From positions 17,955-81,954 of the forward strand of contig JBEOJY010000033.1 of the NCBI GenBank assembly GCA_040275305.1: a stretch of DNA of 64,000 bases, read 5' to 3'. The notes beneath the pieces are model-generated. The model did not search any database, was not told where the DNA came from, and saw only the letters and a list, made by a program, of their open reading frames with translations. Numbering within the stretch: the stretch's first letter is position 1; every line of letters begins with the position of its first letter. The DNA is from Bdellovibrionales bacterium. GTDB lineage: Bacteria; Pseudomonadota; Alphaproteobacteria; UBA9219. Made by a program: the position numbers and the translations under genes. Below, piece after piece: positions 56,280-64,000 of this stretch.

Positions 56280-57858
56280 CCCGACGTTGTACGACGATCC
56301 GACAGGGCGTGCCGACAGAATCTGCCGTTTCGTCCATCGTTTACGCCTTTGGGAAGGTGATTTCGCTGGAAAGCCATTTACTCTCAACCGTTTTCAGGAA
56401 GCCATAATCCGCCGAATTTATGGCCCGACGAATGCCGACGGGACACGAGCTGTGCGGATCGCTTGCATATGGATTCCGCGAGGCAATGCGAAAACAACAC
56501 TTGCCGCAGCGCTTGCCCTTGCGCATTTCTTGGGGCCAGAAGCGGAAGCAGGCGGGCAAGTCGTTTTGGCCGCCGCTGATCGCGAAAATGCGGGTATTGC
56601 ATTCAATTCTGCTCATCAATTTGCGTTGCAAGACGAAGCGCTTGTCTCGCGCATTAGGGCGGCAGAAAGCCGAAAATCCCTTACGCATCCAAAAACCAAA
56701 AGTATCTTAAAAGCCATATCATCTGAAGCTTATTCTAAACATGGCCTTAACGTCTCTTTCTTTCTCGCCGACGAAATCCATGCTTGGCCAACAAGTGAAG
56801 GGCGCAAGCTTTTCAAGACTGTTACAGATTCCATGGTAAAGCGGGCGCATCCGCTTAGTGTAGTCATTTCGACCGCAGGAGAAGGGCAAGGCGGCCTTGC
56901 ATGGGACATGTGGAAATATTCACACCGTGTGGCGATGGGTGAAATAGAAGACCCGTCCTTCGCTCCCATTATCTTCGCAGCAGATTCGGGAGATTGGCGT
57001 AATGAAGAAGCTTGGTGCGTTGCCAATCCTGCTATTGCAGCGGGTTTTTGTTCCATCGACGAATTGAGGATTAAGGCCCGTCGGATCGAACATTTTCCTT
57101 CCGAGATAGCTGATTTCCGGCGCTATCACCTAAATCAGTGGCAGGAAGGCACGGCGCAGCCGTGGCTTGATCCTGCCTTGTACGACACCGCGCAAGCCAT
57201 GACTCCGCTTTGCGAATTGACAGGCCGTAAATGCTGGATTGGGATCGACCTTTCCAGCGTCGAAGACTTGACCGCCGTTGTCGCCGTCTTTCCCGATGGA
57301 GAGGGAGAAAATCGCTGTTACGACGTTTTGCCGATGTTTTTCTTGCCGGAAGCGAATATTGCCCGCAAGGGCGAAAAGGACAGGGCCGATTATGTGCGCT
57401 GGGCGCAAGAAGGCTTCCTAAAACTCACGCCCGGCAACGTGGTGGATCATGCTGCGGTAGTGGAATATGTCGCGATGCTTGGCGAGCGGTACGGTGTACA
57501 GGAAATCGCAATCGACCGATGGAATTCTACGGCGGTGAATACAGGCCTGCAAGAACGCGGGTTTGCAATAAATCAGTTTGGGCAAGGTTTCGCGAGCATG
57601 GCCGCTCCCGTAAGGGAGTTAAAACGGGCGATCCTTTCAGGACGCTTTCGGCATGGCGGAAATCCTTTGCTGCGCCTTTGCTTCAACAACGTAGTCGCTG
57701 AAAAAGACGCGGCCGAAAACGAGAAATTCACCAAGGAAAAAGCTAGGGGGCGCATAGACGGGGCCGTTGCTTCGACAATGGCTATCGGGCGTATCCTTTC
57801 CGGCGAAGCAAGCGTTTCTCCATATGAAAGCCGCGAAGGCGGTTTTCTTTTTCTTTAG
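56248..57858 (+). CDS. Terminase large subunit
   Basis: Has an ATPase Walker A-like IPRGNAKTTLAAALA and a C-terminal nuclease domain. It overlaps the terS end. Confidence 0.8.
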   Translation: MTHGTPIFSPDPTLYDDPTGRADRICRFVHRLRLWEGDFAGKPFTLNRFQEAIIRRIYGPTNADGTRAVRIACIWIPRGNAKTTLAAALALAHFLGPEAEAGGQVVLAAADRENAGIAFNSAHQFALQDEALVSRIRAAESRKSLTHPKTKSILKAISSEAYSKHGLNVSFFLADEIHAWPTSEGRKLFKTVTDSMVKRAHPLSVVISTAGEGQGGLAWDMWKYSHRVAMGEIEDPSFAPIIFAADSGDWRNEEAWCVANPAIAAGFCSIDELRIKARRIEHFPSEIADFRRYHLNQWQEGTAQPWLDPALYDTAQAMTPLCELTGRKCWIGIDLSSVEDLTAVVAVFPDGEGENRCYDVLPMFFLPEANIARKGEKDRADYVRWAQEGFLKLTPGNVVDHAAVVEYVAMLGERYGVQEIAIDRWNSTAVNTGLQERGFAINQFGQGFASMAAPVRELKRAILSGRFRHGGNPLLRLCFNNVVAEKDAAENEKFTKEKARGRIDGAVASTMAIGRILSGEASVSPYESREGGFLFL

Positions 57859-58056
57859 GAGTTTAGCGCTGTGCGCCTTCCGGCAAAAGAAGCGCGGGAG
57901 GACAATCTTTGCTTGAATAAAGTGACGCAGAAACGGCTTATACAAATTCGCCAGCAAAGCTTGATGGAGCCGTCGCGCTCAATCGATTCTGCTTCCTATG
58001 TGCTTCCTGTTTGATTGTCTTGCCTTCACCGCCACCAGCTAAGTCTTTGAAATAGC

Positions 58057-58131
58057 TGGTGGGTGCGACAGGGATTGAACCTGTGACCCCTACCATGTCA
58101 AGGTAGTGCTCTCCCGCTGAGCTACGCACCC
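58057..58131 (-). tRNA. tRNA-Val (anticodon GAC). Its 3' end faces the island and is the integration target.
   Basis: The reverse complement is GGGTGCGTAGCTCAGCGGGAGAGCACTACCTTGACATGGTAGGGGTCACAGGTTCAATCCCTGTCGCACCCACCA. It folds as a cloverleaf with a 7-bp acceptor stem, an anticodon loop TTGACAT and a TTCAATC T-loop. Confidence 0.85.
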
Positions 58132-58233
58132 ACTGTGGGGCCTGAAGATGGCTTCCCTTGGTGGAACGGGCAACGTACTAGCATCCTGCGTCGCAAGACG
58201 CAATACATCTTCTGTGCGCTCTTTCGGCTAATT

Positions 58234-59829
58234 TTAGCTGGTCTGTTCACGTTTGAACAGCAAAGTCGGGACGGTTTTCATCAGGATGACGATGTCCAGC
58301 CAGACGCTCCAATTGCGGGCGTACCAAGATTCCAGTTCGACCCGCTCCTTAAAAGTCAGGGTGTTACGACCGCTGACCTGCCAAGGGCCGGTGATGCCGG
58401 GGCGGACGGAGTGATAGAAGTCGATATCCTCGGCGTAGATTTCGTTTTGCTCCGGCATAATCGGGCGGGGGCCGACGAGGCTCATATCGCCGATGAGCAC
58501 GTTGAACAGTTGCGGCAGTTCGTCGATGCTGGTTTTGCGGATGAAGTTTCCAAACCTCGTGACGCGCACGTCGTTTTTGAGTTTCTGGAAGCTATGCCAT
58601 TCCTCGGCGGCTTCTGGGTTGGTGGCCAGATATTTTTGCAGGTATTCTTCGGCGTCGCTGCGCATTGAGCGGAATTTGAAGCAGGGGAAGAGCTTGCCGT
58701 GGCGTCCGACGCGCTGCTGGATGAAAAATGCCGGGCTGCCATCGTGTCGCACGATCAGGGCGACGATGATCATAAGCGGAGACAGCGCTATGAGGGCCGA
58801 ACTTGATACGACTATATCCAGCGTTCGCTTCATGACGCGGGCCATCGGAAGCTTCAGACGGTTGGTGTCGTGCAAGATGAGCACGTCCTGCATTAAGAAA
58901 TGATGCGGCGACAGCGTCGTCGATGGCAGGCCGAGCCATGGCGGCACGATGGAGCAGGGCACACGCGCGCTTGTCATCGCTTTTAACTCGAACGGATGGC
59001 GCTCGATTTCGCTGCCTTCCAGCGCGAGGAAGACATGGCTTGCGCCGCGTTGACGCAGCAGGCTTTTCCATGCCTGAGGGGTGTTCAGTTCGCGTAATTT
59101 TATGGCGGGGATGTTGTCACAGATTTCGTACCCCATGCTTTTTTCGCGGCGAATAGCGCGTGCCAGATGTTGCGCCGAGGGGCCTGTGCCAATAATCAAA
59201 GAAGGGATGACCCATTGCTTCCTTGCGGCCAGCGTTTTGCGGACAGTGTTTCTGCCGATTAACACCATGATGCCGAACAGGATCCAGTTTAGGCTCATCC
59301 AAAGGCGCGATGTATCGCCTTTTGCCGCAAAGGCGATAAAGCCACAGGCAAGTAGGCCAATCATGGCAATTGTCGCGAAATGTCCGATGGATTCCCAATA
59401 GGGCAGCCGTTGGCGGTAGTGGCCTTTGGTATCAAGCCAGAGGATAGATACCAGGCCAAAGACAACATAGGTTACGAATTGGGATAGCGTTTCGAAGTTC
59501 CAGAATTGCGAGAACGGTTCGGCATACACGACGCTTCTGACAAGGCGAGAGATTAATCCGCCAATCAGGAAGGCGGAGACGAGCGCGATCAAGTCGCTGG
59601 CCAGCAGCCACCTTCCGCAGTTGCGCACTTGCGCGCCAAAATCAGGAAAAGCAATTGGTTCCGGCGCATCGGCTTTTTCTTGCGCTTTGCGGCTTTGGGC
59701 TTCGCGGGCCAGTTGGATCAAGTCTTCATTGAGTTCATCCAGACTGCGGACTTTTGTTTGGGATTGTTGCGCGGATCCATTAGCTTCGTCGGATTCCAGC
59801 GTTTGCGTCTTGAGCAATGATTCCACCAC
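58234..59829 (-). CDS. Undecaprenyl-phosphate hexose-1-phosphate transferase (WbaP-type bacterial sugar transferase)
   Basis: Has N-terminal TM helices and a C-terminal catalytic domain with DELPQLFNVLIGDMSLVGPRP. Confidence 0.8.
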   Translation of the reverse strand: MVESLLKTQTLESDEANGSAQQSQTKVRSLDELNEDLIQLAREAQSRKAQEKADAPEPIAFPDFGAQVRNCGRWLLASDLIALVSAFLIGGLISRLVRSVVYAEPFSQFWNFETLSQFVTYVVFGLVSILWLDTKGHYRQRLPYWESIGHFATIAMIGLLACGFIAFAAKGDTSRLWMSLNWILFGIMVLIGRNTVRKTLAARKQWVIPSLIIGTGPSAQHLARAIRREKSMGYEICDNIPAIKLRELNTPQAWKSLLRQRGASHVFLALEGSEIERHPFELKAMTSARVPCSIVPPWLGLPSTTLSPHHFLMQDVLILHDTNRLKLPMARVMKRTLDIVVSSSALIALSPLMIIVALIVRHDGSPAFFIQQRVGRHGKLFPCFKFRSMRSDAEEYLQKYLATNPEAAEEWHSFQKLKNDVRVTRFGNFIRKTSIDELPQLFNVLIGDMSLVGPRPIMPEQNEIYAEDIDFYHSVRPGITGPWQVSGRNTLTFKERVELESWYARNWSVWLDIVILMKTVPTLLFKREQTS

Positions 59830-60088
59830 GGCTACGCCTCGTACTCTTATATGGCCTATAATATCATTTGAACTGTATACAAATATTTTCTAGTAACGGC
59901 AACATAAATCTTTATGTATGGCGTGGCGTCTTCATAATTATACTTTTAAATATTTTTAAATAGTATTCTGTAATAGTGTCTGTGCCATTTTGTATTCAAC
60001 GCTTGTTCTTGGCGCTTTATTGTCATCAAGCATACTATCATAAACTTCAACGCTTTGTTTCAGAACAAGATCCGTTCCTGCCGTGAGC

Positions 60089-60203
60089 GTCATGCCCGCG
60101 AAGGCGGGTATCCAGCTCCTATCCCAGATGTGCGCTCTTCACTTGCGTGTTTCTTCCTTGTTTTAACATCGGGAGATGGATGCCCGCCTTCGTGGGCATG
60201 ACG
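60089..60203. repeat. MITE-like element, family B, copy 1
   Basis: CGTCATGCCCGCGAAGGCGGGTATCCA...TGGATGCCCGCCTTCGTGGGCATGACGC. Confidence 0.65.
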
Positions 60204-60299
60204 CTTGCAGCTCATTTGGTCTGCAATATTAACGATATATTCCTTTGGGTAGTATAATTATCATGAATTATTGTGTGTTATCTGTCAAATGTTTCATGA

Positions 60300-61454
60300 T
60301 CATTCATCACGTGGCAAAAGCTTAACTTTCTTTCCGTCACATGCCAGCGCAAGTTTACCATGTTTGAGCGCTAGGGCTTGATTGCCGAATAGTTCGCGTC
60401 TCCAGCCTTTCAGGGCGGGAACGTCGGCATCGTCGCTGGCGGCGATTTGCTCCAGATCGTCGGTTGTGGCGATGAGTTTACCTGCGACGGACTGTTGTTC
60501 GCAAGTGTGTTTCAGAAGGACTTTCAGCAGGTCGGTGAGCGGGCCAATTCCTGAAGGTAGGGGTGGCCTATCTTCTCCCTTTGGGCATTGTTCGGGGGGC
60601 GTGGCGCAGGCGCGGGCGACGGTGGAAAGGATTTCGCCTCCCTGTCGGCTTTCGGCGATTCCGTTGGATAATCCCCTTGTTTTTGCCAGTTCTCTTAAGG
60701 TTTTCGGCGCATGGTGGGCGATTTCCATAAGGGTTTCGTCGCGCATGACGCGGCCGCGCGGCACATCGAGCCTTTGGGCTTCCCTTTCCCGCCAAGCGGC
60801 GAGTTCCCGGAGGAGGGCGCGTAAGAGGGGTTTGTCGGCTTTCCATTTAAACCTGCGCCAGATTTCTTCAGGATTGCTCGCATAGGTTGCGGTGTTTGTC
60901 AGGATGGCCATCTCTTCGGCGACCCATTCGGCGCGGTTTGTCTCATTCAAACGATTTTTGAGCGCTACGTAGACTTTGCGCAGGTGGCTGACGTCGGCCA
61001 GCGCATAGGTTAATTGGCGGTCGGTAAGGGGGCGGCTGGCCCAGTCGGTAAAGCGGCTGGATTTGTCGATTTTTGCTCCCGCTAGCTGCGTGGCGAGAGT
61101 TTCATAGCTGGCCGAATCCCCGAATCCGCAGACCATAGCGGCGACTTGCGTATCGAACATCGGGGCGGGAACTTTTTCGGAGATATTGTAAAAAATTTCA
61201 ATGTCTTGGCGGGCTGCGTGGAAGACTTTAAGCACTTTTTGCGTGTTCAACAGGGCCATCAGCGGGGCGAGATCCATGCCATCGGCAAGCGGGTCAATGG
61301 CGACGGTGTCGGATGGGCCTCCCAATTGCACAAGGCACAAGCGCGGCCAGTAGGTCCTTTCGCGCATAAATTCTGTGTCTACGGTTATAAAATCCGTTGT
61401 CGCGTGGGCTGCGCAGAAATTGGCCACTTCTTGAGTTGTGGTTAATATCGTCAT
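60300..61454 (-). CDS. rnd: Ribonuclease D
   Basis: Has a DEDDy exonuclease domain (FITVDTEFMRERTYWPRLCLVQL), HRDC and a C-terminal region. True start at MTILTT (61454). The longer ORF to 61532 merely reads through the MITE. Confidence 0.85.
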   Translation of the reverse strand: MTILTTTQEVANFCAAHATTDFITVDTEFMRERTYWPRLCLVQLGGPSDTVAIDPLADGMDLAPLMALLNTQKVLKVFHAARQDIEIFYNISEKVPAPMFDTQVAAMVCGFGDSASYETLATQLAGAKIDKSSRFTDWASRPLTDRQLTYALADVSHLRKVYVALKNRLNETNRAEWVAEEMAILTNTATYASNPEEIWRRFKWKADKPLLRALLRELAAWREREAQRLDVPRGRVMRDETLMEIAHHAPKTLRELAKTRGLSNGIAESRQGGEILSTVARACATPPEQCPKGEDRPPLPSGIGPLTDLLKVLLKHTCEQQSVAGKLIATTDDLEQIAASDDADVPALKGWRRELFGNQALALKHGKLALACDGKKVKLLPRDE

Positions 61455-61477
61455 GAATGCTACCCTACAGACAGATT

Positions 61478-61625
61478 CCTTGATATTGCAGGAAAAATAC
61501 GCCGCAAGCGTCATGCCCGCGAAGGCGGGCATCCATCCCCTGTCCCAGATGTGTGCGCTTGACTTGCGTGTATTTGCCTTGATTCAACGTCGGGAGATGG
61601 ATGCCCGCCTTCGCGGGCATGACGC
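61478..61625. repeat. MITE-like element, family B, copy 2, with the ATTGCAGGAAAAA leader
   Basis: GCGTCATGCCCGCGAAGGCGGGCATCCA...TGGATGCCCGCCTTCGCGGGCATGACGC. Confidence 0.65.
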
Positions 61626-61826
61626 TGGCGGCAAGACCGAATCTAGTTCTAACACAATGCGTTAAAGTGTAGGGTAGCGTGATCGTCATGAATCCCTTGC
61701 ATTATCGTTGCTTTGCTTATGGCATGTTCGCGCGCTTCTGACAACGCGCGTGACAAGATGGCCGATTCTCTGCGATATACACTTAATCCTGCTTGCGCAG
61801 GACTTGAATTTCTCGTTCGGGTTTGA

Positions 61827-62684
61827 TTGTCCTCGATGGAAGAATTGCAGACGAATACTGAAAGTATCGAATCTTCAACTTCTTCGCTTTCTCAAAGAGA
61901 TGGCGGAGATGATCTTGTGTTGTCGCTTGCGGGGTTCGAAGGGCCAATCGATCTTCTGTTGAATCTCGCGCGCGAGCAGAAGGTTGATCTTGCCAATATT
62001 TCGATTCTGCCTTTGGCGGAGCAGTTTTTAGAATATGTCGCGACGGCTCGTAAATTGCGGCTGGAAATTGCGGCGGATTATCTGGTCATGGCGGCCTGGC
62101 TCGCTTACCTGAAATCGCGGTTGTTGTTGCCTGAGCCGGAAGCGATGGCGGAGCAACAAGATGCGGCCAAGATGGCGGAAGCGCTGCGTTTCCAGTTGCA
62201 ACGATTGGAGGCTATGCAACGCGCAGCGCAGGATCTTTGGGGGCTGCCGCAGCTTGATTCAGAAGTTTTTTTGCGGGGCGCTCGCGAGCCGCTCGCCGTA
62301 GAGGAGAGGCCCAAATATTATTTACCTTATCAAGACTTACTTTTGTCGTTGGGGGCTTGCTTGCGGCGGCACAAGTCGCCGTCTTACGAGGTTAAGCGGA
62401 CGAGGCTTTACAGTCTTGAAGAAAGCCTAGAGCGATTGCGCAGGTTGATCGGTAAGGTTCCGGATTGGAGCGTGTTGAGGCGATTTCTTCCCGCTGTGCT
62501 CGATGACGGCGCGCCGCTTGAGCATAAGTCGGCTTTGGCTTCGACATTTGCGGCGACGCTTGAAATGGTCAAGAATGGCGAGATCGAGCTGAGACAGGAC
62601 GGAAGTTTTGGCCCGATTTATTTAAAATTTCGCGAGAATCCTGTTGTGAATTCTTTGGCCTATGAAGGGGTTGTCGATGACTGA
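61827..62684 (+). CDS. scpA: Segregation and condensation protein A
   Basis: GFEGPIDLLLNLAREQKVDLANISILPLAEQFLEYV is the ScpA signature. Confidence 0.85.
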   Translation: MSSMEELQTNTESIESSTSSLSQRDGGDDLVLSLAGFEGPIDLLLNLAREQKVDLANISILPLAEQFLEYVATARKLRLEIAADYLVMAAWLAYLKSRLLLPEPEAMAEQQDAAKMAEALRFQLQRLEAMQRAAQDLWGLPQLDSEVFLRGAREPLAVEERPKYYLPYQDLLLSLGACLRRHKSPSYEVKRTRLYSLEESLERLRRLIGKVPDWSVLRRFLPAVLDDGAPLEHKSALASTFAATLEMVKNGEIELRQDGSFGPIYLKFRENPVVNSLAYEGVVDD

Positions 62685-63375
62685 GCTGGAGCCTTCCTTC
62701 CTTCCTGAAGCGCCAGACATGTTGCATAGGCAGATTGAGGCTATTCTGTTCGCGCAGGCGGAGCCGATGAGTATCGAGGCGCTTTCGAAGGCGTTGCCAG
62801 AGGGGGCAGACATCGCGAACGCTCTCGAAGCCTTGCGTTCGCATTACGCGCCGCGCGGGATTAGACTGGTCGAGACGGGCGGTTTGTGGAGTTTCAGGAC
62901 AGCGCCGGATATGGTCGCGAGTTTGCATTTTTTGCGACAGCCCCGGCGTAAGCTTCCGCGCGCGGCTTCGGAGGTTTTGGCGATCATCGCTTATCATCAG
63001 CCTGTGACGAGGGCGGAGATTGAGGGAGTTCGCGGCGTCGAGACAAGCAAGGGGACTTTGGATCTTCTGCTGGAGCTTGGGTGGGTGCGTCCCGGTAAGC
63101 GGCGCGAGACTCCGGGGCGGCCTTTGACGTGGCATACGACGCAGGAATTTCTGAGCTATTTCAATTTGCAATCGCTGAAGGACTTGCCGGGCATGGACGA
63201 GCTGAAGGCGGCGGGCTTGCTCGATACAAGGCTTGTGTTGACGCAACTTTCCCGCGACGGGGAGGATGTGGCTTCTTCGCAGAGTTCGCGGAGTCTGGAA
63301 GAGGCTGCCGAGGACGAGGATTATGCAGCGTGGGCGGAAGATTCCGTTGGCGTGGGCGATGTGGAACGCAAGTAG
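62677..63375 (+). CDS. scpB: Segregation and condensation protein B
   Basis: QIEAILFAQAEPMSIEAL... is the ScpB winged-helix signature. The C-terminus is acidic. Confidence 0.85.
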   Translation: MTELEPSFLPEAPDMLHRQIEAILFAQAEPMSIEALSKALPEGADIANALEALRSHYAPRGIRLVETGGLWSFRTAPDMVASLHFLRQPRRKLPRAASEVLAIIAYHQPVTRAEIEGVRGVETSKGTLDLLLELGWVRPGKRRETPGRPLTWHTTQEFLSYFNLQSLKDLPGMDELKAAGLLDTRLVLTQLSRDGEDVASSQSSRSLEEAAEDEDYAAWAEDSVGVGDVERK

Positions 63376-63468
63376 TCACTTGGCCTTGATCTTACTGCGT
63401 CCATAAACAGTCTTTCTTTGAGCTATACCCATTGCAGTTCAAGAGATGGCGACCATTGACGCAAGACA

Positions 63469-63632
63469 AGCTTGATTCCCTCCCCCTTGCGGGGAGGGTT
63501 AGGGTGGGGGACCAGAAGACAGAAAGTAGGTATCAGAAACGCCCTTGCTGCAAAACTATGCCTTCTGATGCCTGTTCTCTGCTTGCTGAAGCTCCCCCAC
63601 CCTAACCCTCCCCGCAAGGGGGAGGGAATCAG
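63469..63632. repeat. Roughly 160-bp palindromic element, family E
   Basis: The left arm GCTTGATTCCCTCCCCCTTGCGGGGAGGGTTAGGGTGGGGGA and the right arm TCCCCCACCCTAACCCTCCCCGCAAGGGGGAGGGAATCAGATC are reverse complements. Confidence 0.55.
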
Positions 63633-63741
63633 ATCGCGCTAGAACAGTCCATGCGATTCTGAATTGCCGCGTTATCTTCATAGGTTCACGGAAGGACTTC
63701 GGCCTAGTATTTATTGACGCAGTTAGGCTGATGCGCTGCGA

Positions 63742-64000
63742 GGTTATCCCTCGCCCCATGCGTTAAACATTTTGTCGATGGCGCTTTGGTCCATGGAGTT
63801 TTCGTTGCCATGAACGATGGAGCCTCCGGCGTCAACCATGTGCTGCAACTCGCGCGAGACGCGCAAGGCCATGTCGGCGAATTTTTCTTTTTCTCCGCTT
63901 TCGATCAGGCGGCGCAGGCCAAGGCGCGAGACTTCTATAAAAATCCTGATTTCTTCAGCTTTACGATTGAACTGATCGCGCAGTTTTGATGGCGCGAATT
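63742..64000 (-). CDS. C-terminal fragment of an unidentified protein that continues beyond the window
   Basis: The reverse-strand frame is open from 64000 to the TAA at 63742. It ends ...VDAGGSIVHGNENSMDQSAIDKMFNAWGEG. Confidence 0.35.

Larger units (their letters stand above)
43027..58131. mobile_element. Roughly 15-kb integrated phage-satellite-like island (cf-PICI-like) at tRNA-Val
   Basis: Bounded by direct repeats with a tRNA at one end. The contents are a tyrosine integrase, an AlpA-like regulator, a primase/replication protein, an HK97 portal, a protease-capsid fusion, HNH, TerS and TerL. No tail genes or lysis genes were found by inspection. Confidence 0.7.

Noticed and set aside
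57938-58129. Minus-strand 63-aa ORF
   Set aside because: It overlaps the tRNA-Val gene and the att repeat, and so it is not coding.
61455-61532. N-terminal extension MPAFAGMTLAA... on the rnd ORF (and similar MPAFVGMTLAA at 60180)
   Set aside because: It is a read-through translation of the MITE hairpin ATGCCCGCGAAGGCGGGCAT. The conserved RNase D N-terminus begins at MTILTT (61454).
63786-63989. Plus-strand 67-aa ORF at the window end
   Set aside because: It lies antisense to a longer stop-free minus-strand frame that runs to the window edge. It has no ribosome-binding site.

Overview
This 64-kb window looks like a flagellated alphaproteobacterial chromosome, about 53-55% GC. The classification rests on the MaoC-hotdog/Pta fusion next to ackA, the flgFGAH order, and an ODC gene with a long speF-type leader. 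Housekeeping genes make up the backbone. They are a membrane-anchored OtsA-like GT20 with a GT4 partner; a family-5 ABC substrate-binding protein; SapC; pta-ackA; thyX; pdxS-pdxT; flgF-flgG-flgA-flgH; a PAP2 phosphatase; djlA; an MFS transporter; and a polyamine cluster (ornithine decarboxylase, carboxynorspermidine dehydrogenase and decarboxylase, agmatine deiminase, N-carbamoylputrescine amidase). The rest are gmk, trm112, ppdK, a Na+/H+ antiporter, lpxD, a GGDEF/EAL protein, uvrC, a WbaP-like sugar transferase, rnd and scpA-scpB. Two things stand out. First, the intergenic space is densely populated by at least four families of MITE-like palindromic repeats. They are built from GTCAT...ATGAC-capped hairpins, and many sit exactly at gene boundaries. 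One pair brackets a two-gene cassette of unknown function. Second, a roughly 15-kb island sits at the 3' end of tRNA-Val(GAC), bounded by about 74-bp direct repeats with a 49-bp perfect core. Its gene content is that of a capsid-forming phage satellite (cf-PICI-like): a P4-type integrase, an AlpA-like regulator, a primase/replication P-loop protein, an HK97 portal, a protease-capsid fusion, an HNH nuclease, TerS and TerL. No tail genes or lysis genes were found by inspection. The cargo region between int and alpA holds a DUF3800 protein, a higA remnant, two HTH proteins and lipoproteins. It is a candidate site for an uncharacterised anti-phage or accessory system. A 33-bp perfect inverted repeat with an AT-rich core, just downstream of the primase gene, is a candidate ori or pac site.
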